Positions 1 to 8,673 of a DNA stretch of 33,062 nt are shown here, one piece after another. Each line of letters begins with the position of its first letter. Positions within the stretch are counted from its first letter, which is position 1. Origin of the DNA: a virus. Lineage: Duplodnaviria; Caudoviricetes. The position numbers and the translations under genes are program-made. The notes under the pieces are model-generated. The model had not been told where the DNA came from, searched no databases, and worked only from the letters and a program-made list of their open reading frames with translations. The stretch covers positions 1 to 33,062 of the IMG/VR virus record IMGVR_UViG_3300048856_000138. One strand, 5' to 3'.

Positions 1-192
1 GGTGGAACGACCCCTTTCCCTTACATTGAATTCGATGTGGGTCCCAACCCGCTTCTCGATCTGGCGGGGCGACCGAAAGTCATGCCCGGAAGCACCTTAG
101 ACGTCCCTAATGAACCTGGCCTTGGCGTGGAGATCACGCGTGGGATGCTTGAACCTCACCTTGTGAAATTCACAACTCTTGAGGCCAATTAA
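1..192 (+). CDS. 3' end of a mandelate racemase/muconate lactonizing (enolase superfamily) enzyme, partial at window edge
   Basis: Frame +1 is open from base 1 to TAA at 190-192 and reads ...YIEFDVGPNPLLDLAGRPKVMPGSTLDVPNEPGLGVEITRGMLEPHLV...; the 'EFD..NPL' and 'VPxxPGLGVE' motifs are typical of the MR/MLE C-terminus. Confidence 0.75.
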   Translation, partial: GGTTPFPYIEFDVGPNPLLDLAGRPKVMPGSTLDVPNEPGLGVEITRGMLEPHLVKFTTLEAN

Positions 193-885
193 GTCATTCA
201 GATTATGTAAATGACGCGGCTTCGCATGTGTGCAGAACGACAACAAGTGGAACAACCCCGTCCATGATCCGTTAAGTCTACAGACAGGATCAGCGCGGCA
301 CGGCAATGCATTGACTTCCCCGGCGCAAGACCGGATAGCGACTGCGGAGCGTGCCGCGTATCCTACGGGCGGAACTTAAAAACCTGCCCGTGCATCACAT
401 CGGCCACCAGACCGCGTTACTGCGATGTCGGATCCGCCCGCTTCCGGCTCGCCCCTCGCCTAGCAGGCCGCAGTTCCCCTATCGTCGGTTGCCACCGTTC
501 AGCTCCATCGGCCACGGACGTCTTCGAGGGCCACAAATCTCTGGCCGTCGCGGAGCGGTTTTGGTCGGGCGCCCGATGTAACCGCGATGTCACAGCTGTT
601 CCTCGCAGCGGGCGGATAACTCCATCGCTCCCCGAGCGCCTGGGGATAATGAATATGCCATGTCAAAAGTAGAGTGCGGCAGGCTTGGACATCAGAGACG
701 GCCGTGGCCAATGCGACAGCCCTGTTCAGGGAAAACAAGCGGTTGCACGATAAATGCCTTGAGGAGGCAGAACGGTAGTGTTTCCGTGAAAGCCTCTAGC
801 GAGCTGCAGATGGCCTGCGAGAATCGCATGCGGCGCTCACCATGAAATCGTTGTGTCCGTTTCCGGCTGCCACGACCCATCAAAT

Positions 886-1449
886 CTACGAAGGCGGACT
901 TGATAAGAGCTTCGCTTCCCACCTGACGCCTACGCCGTAAAATAAGCCTGAGGTAACATCTCCCCATCCGAGAAACGTAATACCCTCGCGTTCGTAGAAC
1001 GACCTCAGGCGAAGTAGTGACGGCTGGTCGATCCATATACCTGATTCCAGAAACCCCAATTTTCGCTGAGTTAGGCCGGACAGGTCGGCGATCTCGGACT
1101 GTTTCTTGTTGAGAACAGCCCTTGCTGCACCGAAGGCGACGCCTGTGCGTTCTGGGTGGAAATCTGGTGCCGTCAGAGGCAGTAGCGGTAGCTGCGGTGG
1201 TGACCGCCACCGCGCACCGAGCCCCGTCGTACGTCCAGTGGCAAGATCGACGGTGCCCAGAAACTCAATACCCGCTTTCTCGTAGAACGTTTTGAGCTTG
1301 GTGTTGGCGGAAATGCCAAGTCTGGTATCGCTTTCGGCTATCCAGACAGCTTTTTGAGTCATCGATGCTTCGGCGGCCGCTTCCCGTTGGCTGAGTCCAA
1401 CAAGTGCGCGGGCTGCTCGAAGGGCCTCGGCGGAAAGGAGCGTCGTCAT
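886..1449 (-). CDS. Tandem double XRE-family helix-turn-helix regulator
   Basis: Two internal repeats: 'LRAARALVGLSQREAA...FYEKAGIEFLG...GLGARW' and 'FGAARAVLNKKQSEIA...FYEREGITFLG...GVGVRW'. Start placed at ATG 1449; the ORF track extends to 1509. Divergent from the 1674 operon. Confidence 0.85.
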   Translation of the reverse strand: MTTLLSAEALRAARALVGLSQREAAAEASMTQKAVWIAESDTRLGISANTKLKTFYEKAGIEFLGTVDLATGRTTGLGARWRSPPQLPLLPLTAPDFHPERTGVAFGAARAVLNKKQSEIADLSGLTQRKLGFLESGIWIDQPSLLRLRSFYEREGITFLGWGDVTSGLFYGVGVRWEAKLLSSPPS

Positions 1450-1493
1450 AAAAACCAAGGGCCGGCTTCTAAACCGAAAGTCAATTTTCTTCG

Positions 1494-1548
1494 CTATGAA
1501 GTCTTCCATTTCTTCATAGACTCACTATAGATGCATCTATGACGTCAT
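1494..1548. promoter_or_regulatory. Cluster of inverted repeats in the divergent promoter region (putative XRE operators)
   Basis: CTATGAAG-N10-CTTCATAG (1494-1519), perfect palindrome ATAGATGCATCTAT (1527-1540), and ATGACGTCAT (1539-1548). Confidence 0.5.
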
Positions 1549-1673
1549 TTGCGAGTTCAGAAGGCATCGAAGCGAACGACGGCTATCACTGATTCGTCTA
1601 AATGCGAGTTTTTGAAATCGCTTTCGGACTGAACGTCGCGCTCGGACCACAATCGAAATAAGGAGGGTTTGCC

Positions 1674-2012
1674 GTGAATGATGCATCGTCACTCGCGTGG
1701 TTTGGCATGACCAGATTTCAGCTGGTCCAACGACTAAGACAGCTTGCTGATGAACTGGAGGTTTTCTCCATCTCCGTTAGCGCGCCAATCACCCGAATTG
1801 ACCACTGGAGCGTGGCAAGGCGAGGCGTTCCCTGCCTCATTGGCTTACCCACTTCCCATCCGACGATTCCCGACGGAGAGCCCCTCTATTCCAGCGAGCT
1901 GTACTACCTTGATCCCAACGAGCGTATCGCGCGTTCGTTCTCCCGCTGGTACGAACTCGGCGAGCAAGTTGAGCCGGGTTACTGGGAGCAGCGCTATCAG
2001 GTGCAGCGATGA
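1674..2012 (+). CDS. Conserved hypothetical protein (DUF6634-like)
   Basis: GTG start after a TAAGGAGG RBS. Motif 'CLIG...HP..PDG....SS.L...D.....ARS.SRWY.LG' recalled as DUF6634-like. Stop overlaps the next start (ATGA). Confidence 0.7.
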   Translation: MNDASSLAWFGMTRFQLVQRLRQLADELEVFSISVSAPITRIDHWSVARRGVPCLIGLPTSHPTIPDGEPLYSSELYYLDPNERIARSFSRWYELGEQVEPGYWEQRYQVQR

Positions 2013-2797
2013 GAGCTTGGATTTTCTCGGACCTCCATCTTGAAGTGGATGCAGGTTTTCGATTGATGGAGGTTCCTGACGCCGACGTTTGCATATGTGC
2101 TGGCGACATTCTCGATGGCGGTGTCGTCGCCAGTATCACGTGGCTAGGCGAACATGTCGCTCGCCACATGCCGGTCGTCTTCGTACCCGGAAACCACGAA
2201 TACTATCGAGCCTCGATAAAGGAGGGCCTGGCGAACGGATATAAGCTGGCAGAGGGCTACAATGACCTGTTTCTGCTGGATGGCGACTCCGTCATCCTTA
2301 ATGGCTACCAGTTTATCGGAGCAACTCTCTGGACCGATTTCGGTCTGCACAACGAGCCACGGTTGGCGATGAATATAGCTCGGGAAGAGCTCAACGACTA
2401 CCAGCGAATAAAACTCTCCAAGACCCCGTTCAAAAAATTTACGCCACAGGAGAGCCTACGCCTCCACCACGTCGCCGCCGTCGACATAGCCAACGTTTAC
2501 ACGACCCGGTCGAAAATGCCGACCGTGATCGTCAGCCATCACGCGCCGAGCATGCTGTCGGTTCCTCGGCATTTTTTAAAAGACGCCCTGACGCCATCAT
2601 TCGCGTCTCGGTTCGAGTATCGCATCCTCTCATATGAGCCACTGCTCTGGGTACACGGACATATCCACTCTCCGAGCGACTACATGATCGGGCAGACAAG
2701 AGTGGTATGCAATCCGCTCGGCTATCCGAGCGAGGACTCGCGGAGAACCTTCATTCCAAATCTGGTGGTCGACCTTGCAGAACTCGTCAAAGCGTAG
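2009..2797 (+). CDS. Metallophosphoesterase (calcineurin-like)
   Basis: Complete motif set: SDLH, AGD, PGNHEYY, SHHAP, HGHIH, NPLGY. Confidence 0.92.
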   Translation: MRAWIFSDLHLEVDAGFRLMEVPDADVCICAGDILDGGVVASITWLGEHVARHMPVVFVPGNHEYYRASIKEGLANGYKLAEGYNDLFLLDGDSVILNGYQFIGATLWTDFGLHNEPRLAMNIAREELNDYQRIKLSKTPFKKFTPQESLRLHHVAAVDIANVYTTRSKMPTVIVSHHAPSMLSVPRHFLKDALTPSFASRFEYRILSYEPLLWVHGHIHSPSDYMIGQTRVVCNPLGYPSEDSRRTFIPNLVVDLAELVKA

Positions 2798-4793
2798 CGG
2801 GCCTAGAGCCCAAAGCCATTCTCTGTGGAGGCTGGGCGACACGACCGGCCAGTCCAACGCGACCGTTCCGATCCATTTAGCATATTGCGGTATCGTGGCG
2901 GCGCTTCGGCACCATGTGAAAGTGAAAGCGTCAAGTCTCGCAGTCCTCGTTGTTGAGACCCCGGATGCGATCGACACCTTCGCTCACGCCGGCCGCCTCT
3001 TCCTTCGGCAAGCGCTGGGATCGAAAGGATACCATGAGCCGTTCGTCCAGGCCATCAAGCATAAGAAAAATGACAGGCCGACCGACCTTCATGTGTTCCG
3101 GCGCGCGGCCGAGGACGGCAAAGGAATTCTCCTGTGTTCACAACTCGACGACATCGATGAGGAGGTCAGGTTATTCGCAGATGTCGTAACGGCGATTCCG
3201 AAGCCGACACCGAACCAGATTACAGCGGTTTTCCGCAGGTACGGTCACGTCGTGACCCGAGAAGACGAAAAGATGATTGCATCTGAATCTTGGACGCGGT
3301 TGGTATATGCCTTCCAGCCCGATCGCCCCGTAATGGTCGGCCTGCGCCGTCTGCGGGAAACGGCGGCTCAGACGCCAGCGCTGAAAGCGACAACGCCTAC
3401 CAGCGGACCCACGCTTGAGGACCTCAGCGGCTTGGGTTCGGCGAGAGACTGGGGTCTTGAGCTTGCGCGCGATCTAGCCGATTTCAGGGCGGGCCTTGTT
3501 TCGTGGGATGACGTCGATACCGGCGCGCTGATATCCGGTCCGCCGGGAACCGGCAAAACGCTTTTTGCCGAGGCGTTGGCTCGGACCTGCGGCCTCCCGA
3601 TCGTGGTGGCGTCGGCCGCCCAATGGCAAGCCTGCGGCTACTTGAACGACCTTCTCAAAGCCATGCGGGAAAGTTTCAGGGAGGCGCAATCCCGCGGCAC
3701 GGCATTGTTGTTCATCGATGAACTCGACGCAATCGGAAGCCGAGCGATTAACGATAGTCAACACTCTGACTACAAGCGCCAGGTTATCAACGCATTGCTG
3801 GAATTACTTGACGGCTTCGACCGTCGCAGCGGGGTAGTCGTTATCGGCGCTACTAATCATCCGGAGAACATCGATCCTGCACTCCTGCGCCCTGGAAGGC
3901 TTGACCGCCATTTCGCCATATCCCTCCCCGATGCGACCACCCGTCAGCGAATATTTCAGTTCCACGCCAGCTTTACCGTTCCGTCCGACCAAGAGGACCA
4001 GTTCCAGCGTTCGACTGCGGGAATGTCTGGTGCTGGGTTGAAGCAACTCGTCAGGGATGGCCGCCGCGCCGCCCGCCGACAGGGTGCGCCGTTTGGGTTC
4101 GACCATATCGTCAAGGTCGCCAAGCCGCTGATTGATCTTCCCATGGAACATATGCGGGTGGCTGCGTACCACGAAGCTGGACATGCCATCGTCGGCATTC
4201 AAGTTGGTATGGAGCTTCAAGAGATCAGTATCAATGATAAGGTGTTTTCCGAAGGTGTTGATACTCTCGGTGGGACACAGTTCGCGACGCTGAGCTTTCC
4301 TATGAAGACAAGGTCTTTCTTCTTGGGTCACATAGCGATGTTTCTTGCTGGTCTCGCAGCGGAAACAATGGTCTTTGGCGAGTTCACGGAAGCGGCGACG
4401 GGCGATCCAAGATCGGATTTGGGCATTGCGACCGCGCTGGCAACTAAGGTCGAGGCCTGTTTCGGAATGGGGAGCACACTCGCCATAAACACTGTCGAGG
4501 AACGAGACTTGGGTCGGTTGCTTGGCACCGACCCGGTGCTCCGCGTAGCGGTCAGCCAACTCCTCGACAGCGAATTGAAGAGGGCGAAGGCAATTCTGGA
4601 ACTCCGGCACCGAGCGCTACACGCGCTCGCCGAATTTTTGATGGAAGCACGCCTCATGAGCTCCGCAGAGGTCATGAACGTTCTCGACAGATATCCTGCG
4701 GAAACCGGCCCCTTGGTGGCGGACGCCGACAGCCCGGGTTTCTCATCCGTGGCGCTCGACGCGGGTAGCCCGCAGGACCATCAATCAGGTTGA
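2775..4793 (+). CDS. Soluble FtsH-like AAA+ ATPase / M41 zinc protease
   Basis: Walker A GPPGTGKT, Walker B LLFIDELD, SRH 'ATNHPENIDPALLRPGRLDR', zinc motif HEAGH, 'LAGLAAE' and 'SDL..AT'. No obvious transmembrane helices. Start codon uncertain. Confidence 0.9.
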   Translation: MQNSSKRSGPRAQSHSLWRLGDTTGQSNATVPIHLAYCGIVAALRHHVKVKASSLAVLVVETPDAIDTFAHAGRLFLRQALGSKGYHEPFVQAIKHKKNDRPTDLHVFRRAAEDGKGILLCSQLDDIDEEVRLFADVVTAIPKPTPNQITAVFRRYGHVVTREDEKMIASESWTRLVYAFQPDRPVMVGLRRLRETAAQTPALKATTPTSGPTLEDLSGLGSARDWGLELARDLADFRAGLVSWDDVDTGALISGPPGTGKTLFAEALARTCGLPIVVASAAQWQACGYLNDLLKAMRESFREAQSRGTALLFIDELDAIGSRAINDSQHSDYKRQVINALLELLDGFDRRSGVVVIGATNHPENIDPALLRPGRLDRHFAISLPDATTRQRIFQFHASFTVPSDQEDQFQRSTAGMSGAGLKQLVRDGRRAARRQGAPFGFDHIVKVAKPLIDLPMEHMRVAAYHEAGHAIVGIQVGMELQEISINDKVFSEGVDTLGGTQFATLSFPMKTRSFFLGHIAMFLAGLAAETMVFGEFTEAATGDPRSDLGIATALATKVEACFGMGSTLAINTVEERDLGRLLGTDPVLRVAVSQLLDSELKRAKAILELRHRALHALAEFLMEARLMSSAEVMNVLDRYPAETGPLVADADSPGFSSVALDAGSPQDHQSG

Positions 4794-4933
4794 TCGAAAT
4801 CCTCGGGGTCGAAGACATCTATGTCACCTAAGTCGACCTCGAAGTAGGTGCGGTCCAATTCGCATTCGAGTAATTCGAACAGCAAACCCTCATCACCTAG
4901 ACCTCGAAGGGCGATATTTATAACCGCTCGCAT
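4781..4933 (-). CDS. Possible small acidic protein or gene remnant (50 aa)
   Basis: ATG 4933 to TGA 4781 gives MRAVINIALRGLGDEGLLFELLECELDRTYFEVDLGDIDVFDPEDFDQPD; protein-like composition; not in the ORF track. Confidence 0.3.
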   Translation of the reverse strand: MRAVINIALRGLGDEGLLFELLECELDRTYFEVDLGDIDVFDPEDFDQPD

Positions 4934-5129
4934 GTCCAGTTCTTCATCGGAAGCACGCCCGAATGATGGCTACGGGCGAGTTTGTCGTATCGGAATGGCT
5001 TGACAGCGTCGATAGGTTTATCGCCGACCTATGGGACATGACGCCGTGTAACAGGTGCGGACGTTAAAGCGGCGTACGCCGATTTTAAGTAGGTATTTGA
5101 CAGCAGGAATGGCCTGTTGGTTAGGTCGC

Positions 5130-5405
5130 GATGGCGGCCCGGTCGGCGCAAAGCATTTGCGTCCACTGTTCAAGGGACCGATCATCGTGGCCGGCTTCGA
5201 GCTGGGTTCAGCCGAGGCCCATATCGAGAGCGGAGATAGCGACATGGTGGCGCTCGGGCGTCACTTCATAGCGAATTCAGACTTACCTGAGCGCTTTCGG
5301 CGGCAACTGCCGCTGTACGTCGCAGACAGGACAACGTTCTACGGGGGCTCAGAAGTCGGTTACACGGATTATCCGTTCTATAGCGAAGACGCTGACGCGG
5401 CCTAA
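5130..5405 (+). pseudogene. C-terminal fragment of old yellow enzyme / alkene reductase (NemA-like)
   Basis: 'LRPLFKGPIIVAG...DMVALGRHFIANSDLPER...TFYGGSEVGYTDYPF' matches the OYE C-terminus; the N-terminal three quarters are absent. Confidence 0.8.
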
Positions 5406-5620
5406 TCAGGAGGCCTGTTGGCGCGACGATCACGCCGCGTCAAAAGCCGCCCCCTCCACCTGTGACTTTTGCGAATCTGCACCGCCCTCGGGCATAAATC
5501 TGGTACTTTTGCACCGCCACCACGACTGGAACATTGCGTGTATAATGAGATAAACTTAGCGCAATGGTAGTTTTAAGTGACCCTGGGTTTCGTTAGGATG
5601 AGCCGAGGAGACCGTTCATC

Positions 5621-6010
5621 ATGGCGAAAACCAGGGTATTTATCAGCTTCGACTACGACCACGATTCTGACCTGAAGGTAATGCTTGCGGGTCAAGCGAA
5701 GCATTCCGATACACCGTTCGAATTTGCCGATTGGTCGATCAAGGAAGCAATCGATTCTAGATGGAAAGACAAGGCGCGGACACGTATCAGGTCTATCGAC
5801 GTGGTGGCAGTAATATGCGGGATGCACACGCATACGGCCACGGGAGTAAGCGCCGAGATTAACATTGCGCAGGAGGAATCCAAGCCGTATTTCTTGCTCA
5901 ACGGATATTCAGGAAAAACTTGCGTGAAGCCGTTACAGGCAAAAGTAACTGATAAGGTCTACGTCTGGACCTGGGACAACTTGAAGATTTTGATCAACGG
6001 TGGACGCTGA
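5621..6010 (+). CDS. thsB: Thoeris ThsB-like (MTH538-type) TIR domain protein
   Basis: 'RVFISFDYDHD', 'FADWSIKE', 'W....RTRIR', 'VICG.HT..A.GV..EI..A' with the catalytic Glu retained; GAGGAG RBS; TGATG coupling to the caspase gene. Confidence 0.9.
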   Translation: MAKTRVFISFDYDHDSDLKVMLAGQAKHSDTPFEFADWSIKEAIDSRWKDKARTRIRSIDVVAVICGMHTHTATGVSAEINIAQEESKPYFLLNGYSGKTCVKPLQAKVTDKVYVWTWDNLKILINGGR

Positions 6011-7002
6011 TGAAAAGGGCGCTGGTCGTTGGTATCGACGACTACCGGAAATATCCGCTCAGAGGCTGCGTCAACGATGCGATTGTCGTCGGCGGCCTCC
6101 TCGAGGCGAACGGCGACGGCTCGCCGAACTTCTCCGTCAGGATGCTGACCAGCAATGAGGAAGAAGTCACCACAGAACTCATACAGGACGCCCTGTCGGA
6201 GCTATTCGAAGGCGATGCCGAAACCGTTCTGTTCTATTTTGCGGGCCACGGGCTGATAAATGTCGAGTCTAATGCTGGTTACATCGTTTCTCAGGATGGA
6301 AAGAAGGGATCGTGGGGCGTTTCGCTCAGCGAGGTCCTTGCCATGGCCAACAAGGCTTACCCACTCATCAAATCAACGGTCATCATTTTGGACAGCTGTC
6401 ACTCCGGCTACGCGGGTGAGGTTGCAGGGCTTACTGCCGACGGGGCTTCGCTGATTGGGAACGGAGTCACGATCCTCACCGCCACCAATCGCTCTGGCAC
6501 GGCCGACGAAATCGGTGGCCATGGCGTCTTCTCGGAAATTCTTATAGACGCAATCCAGGGAGGCTCGGCCGACATATGCGGCCGGATAACTCCGGCATCC
6601 GTTTACGCGCATGTTGACCAAACCCTTGGCGCGTGGGGCCAGCGACCGGTCTACAAGGCTAACGTCCATACCTTCGTCGTCTTACGTTCCGTTGAGCCTA
6701 AGGTCCCGCTGCAGTCGCTGAGAAGGCTGCCTGAGTATTTTCCAGACCGTACGTCTACCTATCCGCTCGACCCGTCATGCGAGCCGAACAGAGGTCAAGA
6801 GACCGAGCGTCTCGCCGATGTGGCGGTCGATGTGTCCAAAGAACGCGTCTACCGCGAGCTGCAAACCTGCAACAGACACGGGCTGGTGAGCCCCGTCGGT
6901 TACGACCACATGTGGGAGGCCGCAATCAACTCGACGGGCTGTCGATTGACCGCTCTCGGAGCCCACTACAGACAGCTGGCGGAGAAAAAGCGTATCTTGT
7001 GA
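6010..7002 (+). CDS. Caspase-like protease (peptidase C14), type IV Thoeris-like effector
   Basis: 'KRALVVGIDDY...LRGCVNDA', catalytic His in 'FYFAGHG' and Cys in 'IILDSCHSG', 'G.F...L..AIQG..AD..G.IT', plus a C-terminal extension of about 100 aa. Confidence 0.93.
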   Translation: MKRALVVGIDDYRKYPLRGCVNDAIVVGGLLEANGDGSPNFSVRMLTSNEEEVTTELIQDALSELFEGDAETVLFYFAGHGLINVESNAGYIVSQDGKKGSWGVSLSEVLAMANKAYPLIKSTVIILDSCHSGYAGEVAGLTADGASLIGNGVTILTATNRSGTADEIGGHGVFSEILIDAIQGGSADICGRITPASVYAHVDQTLGAWGQRPVYKANVHTFVVLRSVEPKVPLQSLRRLPEYFPDRTSTYPLDPSCEPNRGQETERLADVAVDVSKERVYRELQTCNRHGLVSPVGYDHMWEAAINSTGCRLTALGAHYRQLAEKKRIL

Positions 7003-7100
7003 AGCTCTTCATTTCCCATCGGCGAGACAATCCCGCTGGTGGTCCCCAAGGTGGCTGCCCGTGTCAACGATATCAGACATAGAGAACATCAGCGATTTCC
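6999..7100 (+). pseudogene. Decayed second TIR gene (N-terminal remnant)
   Basis: GTG overlaps the caspase stop (GTGA) and reads MKLFISHRRDNP; a shifted frame continues LVVPKVAARVNDIRH. 'KxFISH' is the canonical TIR first strand. The frame closes early. Confidence 0.55.
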
Positions 7101-7257
7101 GTCGAATACGACCGGTTCGAGGTCTACCTCTCCACTCGCGTCCCGCAAGGTCGTCTAAACGAATAGCTGGATGCATCGTCAACACCGAACGGGTCAACGA
7201 CGACTGAGTATGTCAATCGATCAAACGTGACATCTTTGGGAAAGCGAGGTTGAACAG

Positions 7258-8673
7258 ATGATTGCGGAAACTTTGAATCGTGACTTCGTTTTGCGTCAGG
7301 CGGAGATCATACAGAAGCACATCCAATCGAGAAGTTCGCCGCTACGCCGCGGCCTTTCATCGCTGGGCACCGAGGTCGATGCCGCAGACCTTAAAGAAAC
7401 AGCGCAGCTGATCGAAGAAGCGATCAAAAACGAGAAATTCGCGGGACCGGCAGCCGTGATCGACAGCCAGCGCCGCGGCGACGGGATCGATGAGCGAAAC
7501 CAGGCCTTCATCAGCGGCGATCCGGTCATGAGCAATATCCAGAGCGCCTTGGAATTCTATTTCGACGACCCTGGTAGCATGGAAAATGCTTCGCCCCTGA
7601 GACCCTTCGTCGACAAACAACGCGGCGATCGACGCGGATACGTGGAGATGCCGATCGTCACAGATCGCAAACTTATTGGCATACCTACACCATCGCATGG
7701 GAAACGCCGGGTCTTTGATAAGTTTTCGGTATCCGACCCGGGCTGGGTCAGTTCTCTTGTCGCCATGGGTATCGCGCGCTTTAAAAAGCCTCATCCCTTC
7801 AACTCGGAGCCGGCCCCTACCGTAGTCGTCGGCGATATATGCAGGCTGATAGTGGTTGGCGACTGGGGAAGCGGGATTCCTCGCGCGCAGCGAAACGCAC
7901 TCGAGATGCGAAAGCATGTCGAGGCGTCGCTTGCGGAAGGTGCCGAATGCCACGTGGTCCACCTTGGCGACGTCTACTATTCGGGATGGGAATACGAGTA
8001 CCGGGACAGATTTCTTCCCTACTGGCCCGTAAAACCGGAGGAGCACGATAGGGTCGGCTCCTGGTGCCTTAATGGAAACCACGACATGTACTCGGGTGGC
8101 TTCGGGTATTTTGACTATCTGTTGGGCGACCCCCGGTTCGCCAGGCAAAGCAAGTCGAGCTTCTTCCGGCTCGCAAACAACCATTGGCAGCTCCTGGGTC
8201 TCGATACCGCGTGGGACGACAATGGCTTGAAGGACCCTCAATCGGACTGGGTTACGGCGATGACAATGGCGGACGGCCTCAAAACCGTGCTCCTCAGCCA
8301 TCATCAGCTTTTCAGCAGTCGGGAAAGCGGAGAGAACGTCGGCAAGGTTCTCAGGGCTAAGCTTGGCAGAGTCCTCGAAGCAGGGAAAATCGACGCCGCG
8401 CTTTGGGGGCATGAACACCGCTGCATGCTGTTCGAGCCTCACGAAAACGTCCGGTACGGTCGGCTGATCGGGCACGGAGGCGTGCCCGTTTATGCGGACA
8501 AAGGCGCTCTGCTAGCCCCGGCGTCATTTCAAGATATGGATTTCATCACGTCGAAGCTCGGCGAGCACTGGGCGTATATGGGCTTTGCAGTCTTGGACTT
8601 CGATGGCCCTTCCGTCGGCGTGCGATACTTCAACGAGAACGGGCGTCTTGATAAAAAGGAGGTTTTGATTTGA
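7258..8673 (+). CDS. Metallophosphoesterase (purple acid phosphatase/calcineurin-like) with long N-terminal extension
   Basis: GDWG, HLGDVYY, GNHD, LSHH and WGHEH motifs begin only after about 195 aa of N-terminal sequence. Confidence 0.9.
   Translation: MIAETLNRDFVLRQAEIIQKHIQSRSSPLRRGLSSLGTEVDAADLKETAQLIEEAIKNEKFAGPAAVIDSQRRGDGIDERNQAFISGDPVMSNIQSALEFYFDDPGSMENASPLRPFVDKQRGDRRGYVEMPIVTDRKLIGIPTPSHGKRRVFDKFSVSDPGWVSSLVAMGIARFKKPHPFNSEPAPTVVVGDICRLIVVGDWGSGIPRAQRNALEMRKHVEASLAEGAECHVVHLGDVYYSGWEYEYRDRFLPYWPVKPEEHDRVGSWCLNGNHDMYSGGFGYFDYLLGDPRFARQSKSSFFRLANNHWQLLGLDTAWDDNGLKDPQSDWVTAMTMADGLKTVLLSHHQLFSSRESGENVGKVLRAKLGRVLEAGKIDAALWGHEHRCMLFEPHENVRYGRLIGHGGVPVYADKGALLAPASFQDMDFITSKLGEHWAYMGFAVLDFDGPSVGVRYFNENGRLDKKEVLI

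Noticed and set aside
499-760. Minus-strand ORF containing 'SLNRAVALA', reminiscent of an ECF sigma factor C-terminal extension
   Set aside because: Only a short motif matches and the flanks do not align convincingly; at best a heavily decayed remnant.
692-1210. 172-aa minus-strand ORF
   Set aside because: Alternative frame overlapping the XRE gene; Arg-rich with no motif.
5541-5546. Perfect TATAAT upstream of the TIR gene
   Set aside because: No correctly spaced -35 or TGn extension; not enough to call a promoter.
7357-8475. 372-aa antisense ORF
   Set aside because: Shadow of the metallophosphoesterase gene, which holds the real motifs.
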